DNA of 32,000 bases from Methylophaga frappieri. GTDB lineage: Bacteria > Pseudomonadota > Gammaproteobacteria > Nitrosococcales > Methylophagaceae. Below are positions 1 to 6,395 of this stretch, piece by piece. The translations under genes were made by a program, and so were the position numbers. A model generated the notes under the pieces. The model was given only the letters and a program-made list of their open reading frames with translations, ran no database searches and was not told where the DNA came from. The first letter of the stretch is position 1. Every line of letters begins with the position of its first letter. The DNA is taken from contig NC_017856.1 of the NCBI RefSeq assembly GCF_000260965.1, forward strand, positions 1,110,001 to 1,142,000, in the 5' to 3' direction.

Positions 1-818
1 TCCGCTGGCGCTGCCCCCGGATGTACTATGCCTTGACGCGAAGCAGCCGACACCTCTGCCAAATAACGCCAGAAAGAGCTCGTCAAATACCCACCTAACG
101 CATCTTCTGGCTTGTTTAGCGGCGTGTTGTAGCCGCGAGCACCATACAATTTTATCGTCTGAATATTACGACGCTCCAACTTAAACTGTGTCTTTCTCAG
201 TTTATTGCTGGCAAAGTAAGCCACCGCGTCCGCTGTTCCCTCACTAATCCAATCGCTTAACCCGCATTGAGTATGAGAATCTGAAGCTCTTTGCACAGCA
301 TGGAACAATTCATGAGCCAGCGTCTGATAAGCCGCATCGGACACCTGCTTGCCTTTATATCGGTTAAAGGTATTGATATTCAACACTTTCCGCGAGGTAA
401 CAGGCATCGCACATGGCTTGCCAGAGCTGTACCAGCCACCCGGACCATTTTCAGTAGGATAAACGTAGACTCGGATAACTTTTCTGCCATTTTTGCCGAT
501 CACCACTGAGTCAATCGCCCCTTTGGCGACCGGGTCAGCAAAACCCAACTTTGCGTATAACTTGGCAGTCTGACCTAAAAATTCTTCAATATCCTGAATC
601 ATTTCATCAGATAAGGCAGGCTGAATCGACGCGCTTTCTTCAGCGATCCAGTCATGTTCATCTACCGGCGCATCACCATACAGTTCAAACTCAGTCACTT
701 GCCAGGTTTGACCATAAGCCGGTGCTGGCAACACTGCTTGCCACAGCATTAAAACAAACCCTAGTGTCAGAACCACGTAGGGGTGAACGCTTCGCAAGCA
801 GCTTGCTTGAGTCGTCAT
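1..818 (-). CDS. Secreted HExxH (gluzincin-like) metallopeptidase, N-terminal ~272 aa; the 3' end runs off the left edge of the window
   Basis: Not in the ORF track because the frame stays open to the window edge. My translation of the minus strand from the ATG at 816-818 gives MTTQASCLRSVHPYVVLTLGFVLMLWQAVLPAPAYGQTW..., which looks like a signal peptide. Further on it gives ...AYQTLAHELFHAVQRASDSHTQCGLSDWISEGTADAVAYF, i.e. HExxH followed by a Glu 20 residues after the second His, in a W-I-S-E-G-x-A context. The frame is open for all 818 nt. The ATG overlaps the upstream gene's stop (ATGA at 815-818). The plus-strand track ORFs 291-509 and 551-853 are antisense to it. Confidence 0.6.
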   Translation of the reverse strand, partial: MTTQASCLRSVHPYVVLTLGFVLMLWQAVLPAPAYGQTWQVTEFELYGDAPVDEHDWIAEESASIQPALSDEMIQDIEEFLGQTAKLYAKLGFADPVAKGAIDSVVIGKNGRKVIRVYVYPTENGPGGWYSSGKPCAMPVTSRKVLNINTFNRYKGKQVSDAAYQTLAHELFHAVQRASDSHTQCGLSDWISEGTADAVAYFASNKLRKTQFKLERRNIQTIKLYGARGYNTPLNKPEDALGGYLTSSFWRYLAEVSAASRQGIVHPGAAPA

Positions 819-1564
819 TGCAACGGTGCTGGCAAGCAATCAGCGTAATCTGACGGCAAATCACCTACCCGTACCAGAGGGTTGGCAATACCCTCAATAT
901 CATGCGTAAAAGCAACCGCCTGCTGTTGCGGGTTTAATTCAAACGCCACCGCAAAATCGGTAAAGCTATCTGAATAGGTGAACACGGTATCGGTAGCACT
1001 GCGCATTCGCCATGGGGCAAGATCAGCCCATATCGGTGACATAGCTAGCAACCCATCACACGTTTTGCCAACAAATATACTTTTGGCTGGCGGGTCTCCG
1101 GCTTTGGCGTATAAGCCTGAAAATCGATCCAAGTCTGTCCGAGCCTTGCCTTTTTTCTGTTGATTAATCGCCATTGCCTGCTGCGTATCGTCCGCATTGG
1201 CTTGCGTTTCTTGTTTGGTAACAGCCTCATTAATCGCCGCCGAGTGATCCTGATAATCAATCATATTTTCCAACTGCTGTTGATTAAGCTGATCTTGTAA
1301 GACTTGACCATTGATATTGCCAAACACCGAAATAGCCGCCATATCGCCGGTCTGTGCTACCTCCTGCATCAAGACCATCAATTCGGTGGGGTTTGCGTCA
1401 TATTCCGCTTTGTCGGCTGGCCAGATTTGCTCAAACTTTGCGCTGACCGCCTCAATGCCACCCGTGGTGTAAGCAGCGCGAAGTGTCTCTGCCAAAGACA
1501 CTTTATCAGCAGCAATAACCGCCAAGCTCAGACAGATTAAGACACTCCCGATTAAAAGCTTCAT
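815..1564 (-). CDS. Hypothetical secreted protein (249 aa), translationally coupled to the downstream metallopeptidase
   Basis: Track ORF 815-1663. I prefer the internal ATG at 1562-1564, which is preceded by GGGAGGTGGGGAGA (a Shine-Dalgarno sequence) and starts with MKLLIGSVLICLSLAVIAADK, which looks like a signal peptide. The longer version starts at a TTG with no RBS. I did not recognise a family. The central part is a Gln/Asn/Asp-rich linker. Confidence 0.55.
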   Translation of the reverse strand: MKLLIGSVLICLSLAVIAADKVSLAETLRAAYTTGGIEAVSAKFEQIWPADKAEYDANPTELMVLMQEVAQTGDMAAISVFGNINGQVLQDQLNQQQLENMIDYQDHSAAINEAVTKQETQANADDTQQAMAINQQKKGKARTDLDRFSGLYAKAGDPPAKSIFVGKTCDGLLAMSPIWADLAPWRMRSATDTVFTYSDSFTDFAVAFELNPQQQAVAFTHDIEGIANPLVRVGDLPSDYADCLPAPLQ

Positions 1565-1804
1565 TCTCCCCACCTCCCTGGTTAACCAGTACTGATTGAC
1601 TATGCTTTTCACGCTCAGCGGATGATCACGTTTGCCTGGCAACGAGCATGAAGTTGCAAACAAACTCGTAGAGTGCTTAAGTACATCCTAACCTAAGCAA
1701 CAATGACGATGCCACAAAATAAGATATTTTTAACTTTTTATTCAGTCAGTTACCTTTAACTCTTAAGCCAACGACTCTCACCAGTTTATTAAAGGATCCC
1801 CCTC

Positions 1805-2185
1805 ATGAAACCTTTCTACATTTATACTGGATTCACTTTAGCGCTATTGCTCACAGCTTGTGGCACAGATGAGGACACCACTGCCAACTCAACAAGCAAC
1901 ACGCCGCTGATTCAGTGGTGTATGGAAACAGAAAGCCAAGCTATTTGTGATTGTGCGGATGCGTCGCTGCGAGCGGAAGCCATAAAAAAAGATTATGAAA
2001 TCTACACAAGTCTGGCGCCGCTCTACCTGGAACAACGTGCCTCCGGTGCATCGCGTGTCGACGCCTTTGACACGGCCAGCGCACAAATCGCAGATGAACA
2101 AAGCATGACAGCTGGCGAATTACGTCAGATAACTAACCGAATAGGCATGCAGCACCGCGCCTTAATCAAAGTTTGCTCAAGTTGA
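1805..2185 (+). CDS. Hypothetical lipoprotein (126 aa)
   Basis: The N-terminus MKPFYIYTGFTLALLLTACGTDED has a lipobox (L-L-T-A-C). The ATG is preceded by AAAGGA. The mature part contains four further Cys. I did not recognise a family. Confidence 0.55.
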   Translation: MKPFYIYTGFTLALLLTACGTDEDTTANSTSNTPLIQWCMETESQAICDCADASLRAEAIKKDYEIYTSLAPLYLEQRASGASRVDAFDTASAQIADEQSMTAGELRQITNRIGMQHRALIKVCSS

Positions 2186-2250
2186 ACAGCAATGTGAAAG
2201 CGCAATTAAAACTGACTTGAGCCGCCAAGGCCAGTAAAGTCGAATTGATA

Positions 2251-2278
2251 ACCTGCCATGGCGCAGCAGCAGGCAGGT
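2251..2278. terminator. Hairpin between convergent genes (7 bp stem ACCTGCC/GGCAGGT, 14 nt loop), possible terminator
   Basis: Inverted repeat read directly from the sequence. There is no clear U-tract on either strand. Confidence 0.2.
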
Positions 2279-2292
2279 CAATAAAATTAACC

Positions 2293-2985
2293 TCAGGGCA
2301 GCGTTGCTGGCAATGCTTCAATCTCTCTTATCCAGTCCAGCGAGCGACTGTCACGCAGCTTACCGGGCTTGCGTTGCTTACACGCATCAGGCAATTCGGG
2401 ATATTCAATAAATACGGCTGCCAGCAGGCGTTCATTATTAGGAATACCAAAATAATCAAACATGGTCCGCTCACGCAATTTGCCGCCACTCGACCAATAA
2501 TTACCCATCTCGTGAGCGGTTAACATCAGTAATAAGTTTTGCACCATGGCAGAAGCAGCGGCCAGATGTTCCTCATCAATATTGATTTCTTTTTGTCGGC
2601 TGGCGGGCTGGGCTGGCAATCCTTGCTCATCCACGCGGTAATAACCCGGCAACCAGGTCACTAATACCAGCGCATGACATCCCGCTATTAACGCGGCCTC
2701 TGACTTGGCATCCGGCAGACTGTCACGCATAAACTGCGCCGCCGCCTGCAACTTTTCATCCCACAGCACATGCGCCCGCCAAGGCTCGACAATGCCATCT
2801 GCACTGCGTGGGTAATGAAATGGCGCCCAACCCGCCGCCTTGATCGCATCACGAACTAACGGATTGTATTTTTCAGCTAAGGCAATCGGTACAGATTGAC
2901 GGCTATCTATATCATGGCAAAGTACTTTTTCTGTCTTGCGACGCCGCATCACCGCCTCAACTACTGCCGCCTGATTTTCGTTCAT
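2293..2985 (-). CDS. Nitroreductase-family protein (230 aa)
   Basis: AVMRRRKTEKV (the RRxxxxx motif typical of nitroreductase N-termini), AAGWAPFHYP...EPWRAHV, and AASAMVQNLLLMLTAHEMGNYWSSG resemble the nitroreductase fold pattern. Assigned by eye only. Confidence 0.55.
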   Translation of the reverse strand: MNENQAAVVEAVMRRRKTEKVLCHDIDSRQSVPIALAEKYNPLVRDAIKAAGWAPFHYPRSADGIVEPWRAHVLWDEKLQAAAQFMRDSLPDAKSEAALIAGCHALVLVTWLPGYYRVDEQGLPAQPASRQKEINIDEEHLAAASAMVQNLLLMLTAHEMGNYWSSGGKLRERTMFDYFGIPNNERLLAAVFIEYPELPDACKQRKPGKLRDSRSLDWIREIEALPATLP

Positions 2986-3076
2986 GATGCTCCTTTATAA
3001 ATCCTACGTTTAACAACAAGTTACTGATTCAGCGTATTCTTTTTAAAATTTGCAGCCAGCTCAAATTCGCTAAACA

Positions 3077-3490
3077 GGAAGTGCCCTCCCAATTTTTAGC
3101 GGGTTGAATAGACACCAATTCTTTAAGCCCTTATCAGCCGTTTCTGAAACCAATTTTCAAACTCTACAGGCGACAACTGATTATTGAAACTATATTGTCG
3201 TTTTGAGTTATAAAGCATCTTGATGCAATCGAATATGTCGCCTCTTAATCGCCATTTCTAGCGCATGTTGGTGTGTTTGATTTACCGTGCGCGTTGTCCT
3301 GAGTCCTCTTTCAATAAAATGGTCGACCGGCTTAACCAAAAGTGGCTGATGTAAGGACTTGACGATTTATTGGCCTGTCTATTCAGAATAGCGGCAGGTA
3401 GGTTTGAAACCTCATCACTTAATCCGCTATGCCCTAAGATGACCTGAGTATCAGCGCTGGGATTGATAATGAGCAAGCGGTTCCGTGCGA
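3077..3490 (-). mobile_element. Decayed IS3-family insertion-sequence remnant: the 3' third of the transposase (rve/DDE C-terminal region) plus a putative terminal inverted repeat
   Basis: One continuous minus-strand frame reads ...VILGHSGLSDEVS...SSSPY...LLKEDSGQRAR*IKHTNMR*KWRLRGDIFDCIKMLYNSKRQYSFNNQLSPVEFENWFQKRLIRA*. The tail matches the IS3 OrfB C-terminal signature (IxxYIxxFYNxxRxHSxLxxxSPxxFE). HSGLSDEV sits where the HSDxGSQY motif belongs. There are in-frame stops at 3282-3284 (TAA) and 3258-3260 (TAG). The final stop is at 3123-3125. GGAAGTGCCC at 3077 resembles an IS3-type terminal repeat (TGAAGTG...). Only about 0.4 kb of an expected 1.2-1.5 kb element remains. Confidence 0.65.
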
Positions 3491-3517
3491 TTCAGTAGAG
3501 TCTAACCTAATAAGTCA

Positions 3518-4432
3518 TTAATCCGTTTTGACTGAAGCAGTCAGGTCACTGAACCAACGCAATGCGGATACCATGGAGGGTTTGAATAACGGCCCGTGAG
3601 TCAGTTGGTATCCCTGATAGACCGCACTGACATTTTCCATTTTATCCAACGCCGAGACCAAGCGCTGGTTAGTGCCGGTGACATCATATTGGAAACGCGC
3701 TGTTGATGGGGATACGGGCGGTTTTTTTAGCTTTTCACCGTGCATTAACAGCAGCTGGGTCGTTGCTGTAACCACATCGTTATCGGCAAAGCCTTCCAAC
3801 TGTGCTATCTGCTCACCATTCATCCACCAGAAAGCAGGATCGGCACTGGCATAAAAGCGGAATGGGCTATCGGTTTTTTGCATAGCGTATAAAACAAACA
3901 AACCGCCAAACGAGTGGCCCCAAATGCCTTGTTGTTGACGATTCAGCGTGACCGTTTTTTCGACCAATGGCTGAATTTTGTCGTTCAGCAAGGCAAAAAA
4001 GTCATCCGCCCCACCGCCCTGCCATTTGCCAATTGTGGTTTGACCATTATTGCCTTTAGGCGTGTAGTCGCGTGTTCTGGCTGGCAAATCAAAACGCAGA
4101 TCGGTGTCGTATCCCAACGCAACAATCACTGGCGGATTGTTTGCCAGCTGAGCCAGCAGACTGTCACTCAGATCCGCAATCACCGCATTACCATCCAATA
4201 AGTAGAGGACGGGAAACCCGTGCTCAGGAACGGCGGTTTTAGGGACAGCAATCGTGACGCGATAATGTCGCTGGCCGTCTATCGAATCCAGCATCATTTG
4301 GCTGAATTGATAATGATCCGAGCCACTGTCAACGATGGTGGTACCAACCGGTTTAGTAAAATCCGGTGCAGCGTGGGTCAGCATCGACACAAAACCGAAG
4401 CTACACAGCCATAAACAGCGCAATAGTTTCAT
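3518..4432 (-). CDS. Secreted alpha/beta-hydrolase, putative esterase family (IroE/enterochelin-esterase-like)
   Basis: Signal peptide MKLLRCLWLCSFGFVSMLTHAAP. Motifs VLYLLDGN, TRDYTP and the nucleophile elbow GHSFGG. I prefer the ATG at 4430-4432 over the TTG at 4433-4435 used by the track. Confidence 0.75.
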   Translation of the reverse strand: MKLLRCLWLCSFGFVSMLTHAAPDFTKPVGTTIVDSGSDHYQFSQMMLDSIDGQRHYRVTIAVPKTAVPEHGFPVLYLLDGNAVIADLSDSLLAQLANNPPVIVALGYDTDLRFDLPARTRDYTPKGNNGQTTIGKWQGGGADDFFALLNDKIQPLVEKTVTLNRQQQGIWGHSFGGLFVLYAMQKTDSPFRFYASADPAFWWMNGEQIAQLEGFADNDVVTATTQLLLMHGEKLKKPPVSPSTARFQYDVTGTNQRLVSALDKMENVSAVYQGYQLTHGPLFKPSMVSALRWFSDLTASVKTD

Positions 4433-4435
4433 CAA

Positions 4436-5056
4436 TTACAGCTGTGTATGCAACCCGCACTCGCGGTTGTTCAATCCCTTAGTGGGATCAAAATAATTGG
4501 TCACATTCGGCAAATCATGCTTCTGTAAGTAAGCGTCCATATCGGCTTCTTTCCAATGCAGCAACGGCGCTACCTTGATAACACCATCAGGACCGTTACC
4601 GAAGATACCCATATTTTGTCTGAATTCGGTTTGCTCACTGCGGACTGCCGTTAGCCAGACATCGGGACTTTGATCTTGCATTGCCCGCGCAAACGGTTCC
4701 AGTTTAAATAACTGGGTAAAGCGCTCATGTCGCTCATCGTCTACCTCTGGAATGCCGCCATGCGCACAATCCCAACGCATTGACGTCATGGTCGGGGTGT
4801 AAACCTCAATATCCAGTTGCAATGATTCGATCAGTTTTTCAGCCACCAGATAGGTTTGACGCGTGTTGTAACCTGAATCGACCCAAATCACTTTCACGCC
4901 TGTCTGGATCTGCGACACCATATGTAAAATGACCGCTTCATGTGGGCCAAAATGAGTTGATATCAATGGCTTACTGGCTTTTCCCAATGACCATTCAATA
5001 ATCTCCTGTGGTGTGGCATCCGCCAACTCCTTGTTTGCACTGGCAATATCTATCAT
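4436..5056 (-). CDS. cysH: Phosphoadenosine phosphosulfate (PAPS) reductase family protein, CysH-like (206 aa)
   Basis: Alignable by eye to E. coli CysH: STHFGPHEAVILHMV vs SSSFGIQAAVSLHLV, VIWVDSGYNTRQTY vs VILTDTGYLFPETY, and the C-terminal catalytic motif NRECGLH vs KRECGLH. It has no Fe-S Cys cluster, so it is the thioredoxin-type PAPS form rather than an APS reductase. Confidence 0.8.
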   Translation of the reverse strand: MIDIASANKELADATPQEIIEWSLGKASKPLISTHFGPHEAVILHMVSQIQTGVKVIWVDSGYNTRQTYLVAEKLIESLQLDIEVYTPTMTSMRWDCAHGGIPEVDDERHERFTQLFKLEPFARAMQDQSPDVWLTAVRSEQTEFRQNMGIFGNGPDGVIKVAPLLHWKEADMDAYLQKHDLPNVTNYFDPTKGLNNRECGLHTQL

Positions 5057-5068
5057 CTGTTGTTACCT

Positions 5069-5094
5069 AAAAAAATGGCCTGCATGAGGAGGCC
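5069..5094 (-). promoter_or_regulatory. Terminator-like hairpin plus U7 tract in the cysH leader, ending 12 nt before the start codon
   Basis: The minus strand reads GGCCT-cctcatgc-AGGCC-a-TTTTTTT-aggtaacaacag-ATG. That is a 5 bp stem, an 8 nt loop and a run of 7 U. Confidence 0.35.
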
Positions 5095-5535
5095 GGATTG
5101 TCGTTGCTTTTTATACTAACCATTATCGCTGGTCGGCGCTATCCAGATACGCGTCTTTTAACGTGCTATAACTCTGACAAGCCTACTGAAAATAGTTCAG
5201 TTCTGCTACGGTCGAAGGTCGCAGTTGTTTGGCCTAAAGAAATCCCGATCCCACTCGTTCTCCCGGCGGCACCAGCGTCCCAGCATCAATTCATAACGGC
5301 TACCCTTCCGGTTGATTTGGCTAGCGAAGGAGTGAGCCGTTTGATTATGGCGTCTGGGAAATGTTCAATTTGAACTGCACGGACTATTGTAGACAAGTTT
5401 CGGCTATGACTTAAGTATATATAGAAATCAGAAGTGGCGATTCGATTGCTGAAACAGCTAAGGAGCACAACACCATTTGGAGTTGTTGGTACAGATTGCT
5501 TTCGGGATGACTTGGGACGGTGTGAAATTCAGAAA

Positions 5536-5609
5536 TGGAGGCTGGGGTCGGAATCGAACCGGCGTACACGGAGTTGCAGTCCGCTGCATAACCACTCTGC
5601 CACCCAGCC
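5536..5609 (-). tRNA. tRNA-Cys (anticodon GCA)
   Basis: The reverse complement is GGCTGGGTGGCAGAGTGGTTATGCAGCGGACTGCAACTCCGTGTACGCCGGTTCGATTCCGACCCCAGCCTCCA. It has a 7 bp acceptor stem, anticodon loop CT-GCA-AC, T-loop TTCGATT, discriminator U and an encoded CCA. There is one A-C mismatch in the T stem. Confidence 0.88.
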
Positions 5610-5627
5610 AGAGATGTATTTCAGACT

Positions 5628-5666
5628 AAAAAGCCGCAGTAGTAACTTGACTGACCGCGGCTTTTT
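5628..5666. terminator. Symmetric hairpin (A5-AGCCGC...GCGGCT-T5) in the 65 nt spacer between the two tRNA genes
   Basis: A 6-7 bp GC-rich stem with a loop of about 19 nt, flanked by an A-run on one side and a T-run on the other. It looks terminator-like on both strands. Confidence 0.35.
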
Positions 5667-5674
5667 AATGTTCT

Positions 5675-5750
5675 TGGAGCGGGAAACGAGGTTCGAACTC
5701 GCGACCTCAACCTTGGCAAGGTTGCGCTCTACCAGCTGAGCTATTCCCGC
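5675..5750 (-). tRNA. tRNA-Gly (anticodon GCC)
   Basis: The reverse complement is GCGGGAATAGCTCAGCTGGTAGAGCGCAACCTTGCCAAGGTTGAGGTCGCGAGTTCGAACCTCGTTTCCCGCTCCA. It is nearly identical to E. coli tRNA-Gly(GCC) and encodes CCA. Confidence 0.95.
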
Positions 5751-5788
5751 TTAGGAAGTCGTGCATTATAGGCGGTTAAAATTATCTG

Positions 5789-6346
5789 TCAAGCCTTATC
5801 TACCAAGACCGGCAGCGCCGCTTTGAGATAACGAATCATTGACCATAAAGTCAGAATCGCCGCCAGATATAACAGCCCCACGCCGATCTCAAAAACTGGC
5901 AACCCAAACAGCGGCTTATAAAATATTAAGCAACCGATGGCGATCATCTGGAACGTTGTTTTCCACTTGCCCATTGCTGATACCTGCACGGTACTACGAG
6001 CGCCTAATTCGGCCATCCATTCGCGCAGTGCGGAAATCATTATTTCTCGAAAAACGATGACAATAACGGGCAGTAAGATGAACCAAGTCGGCGTTTTAAA
6101 CAAAATGAGTAGCAGGGTCACTACCACGATGAGTTTATCGGCAACGGGATCAATAAAAGCGCCAAATGCGGAAGTTTGCTGCCAACGGCGTGCCAGATAA
6201 CCATCCAGCCAATCCGTTATCGCCGCAAAAATAAAGACGCCTGTGGCCGCTAAAGGCGCAGCAGGATGGGGCACAAAATAAAGCACCATCAGCACTGGAA
6301 TCAAAAAAACGCGCAGCAAACTGAGCCAGTTGGGAATATTGAGCAT
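5789..6346 (-). CDS. pgsA: CDP-diacylglycerol--glycerol-3-phosphate 3-phosphatidyltransferase
   Basis: MLNIPNWLSLLRVFLIPV..., the CDP-alcohol phosphatidyltransferase motif DWLDGYLARRWQQTSAFGAFIDPVADK, and its position between uvrC and tRNA-Gly as in E. coli. Confidence 0.92.
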   Translation of the reverse strand: MLNIPNWLSLLRVFLIPVLMVLYFVPHPAAPLAATGVFIFAAITDWLDGYLARRWQQTSAFGAFIDPVADKLIVVVTLLLILFKTPTWFILLPVIVIVFREIMISALREWMAELGARSTVQVSAMGKWKTTFQMIAIGCLIFYKPLFGLPVFEIGVGLLYLAAILTLWSMIRYLKAALPVLVDKA

Positions 6347-6395
6347 GTCAGATAATCTTCGTAAAAGTCCCGATTATGGTAGCACTATGCTTCAA

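Noticed and set aside
291-853. Plus-strand track ORFs 291-509 and 551-853.
   Set aside because: Both start at non-ATG codons without an RBS. Both lie antisense to a minus-strand frame that is open for all 818 nt and carries a signal peptide and an HExxH motif.
1565-1663. A 33-codon N-terminal extension of ORF 815-1663 (TTG start).
   Set aside because: The internal ATG at 1564 has a strong SD and begins a canonical signal peptide. The extension has neither.
3461-3473. A Fur-box-like sequence, GATTGATAATGAG.
   Set aside because: Only about half of the 19 bp consensus is present. It lies inside the IS remnant and 3' of the esterase gene, so it is not in a promoter position.
3282-3476. A 64 aa ORF as a stand-alone gene.
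   Set aside because: It is the middle piece of the decayed IS3 transposase frame. It continues in the same frame past its stop into the recognisable transposase C-terminus.
5298-5313. A B12-box-like stretch on the minus strand (AACCGGAAGGGTAGCC, about 11 of 16 to my recollection of the cobalamin riboswitch B12 box), with GGTGCC nearby.
   Set aside because: The elements are in the wrong order, because GGTGCC lies downstream of the box. The GGTGAAAATCC-type core is absent. A cobalamin riboswitch is not expected upstream of cysH.
5380-5535. A search for the tRNA-Leu (leuZ equivalent) expected after tRNA-Cys, including the T-loop-like GCGATTCGATTGC at 5437-5449.
   Set aside because: There are no flanking complementary stems, no acceptor stem and no CCA context, so it is not a tRNA or a recognisable tRNA fragment.
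5098-5739. Track ORFs 5098-5373 (+), 5286-5468 (-) and 5434-5739 (+) in the cysH/tRNA intergenic region.
   Set aside because: They have no RBS, use alternative start codons and have unremarkable composition. The last one reads straight through both tRNA genes.
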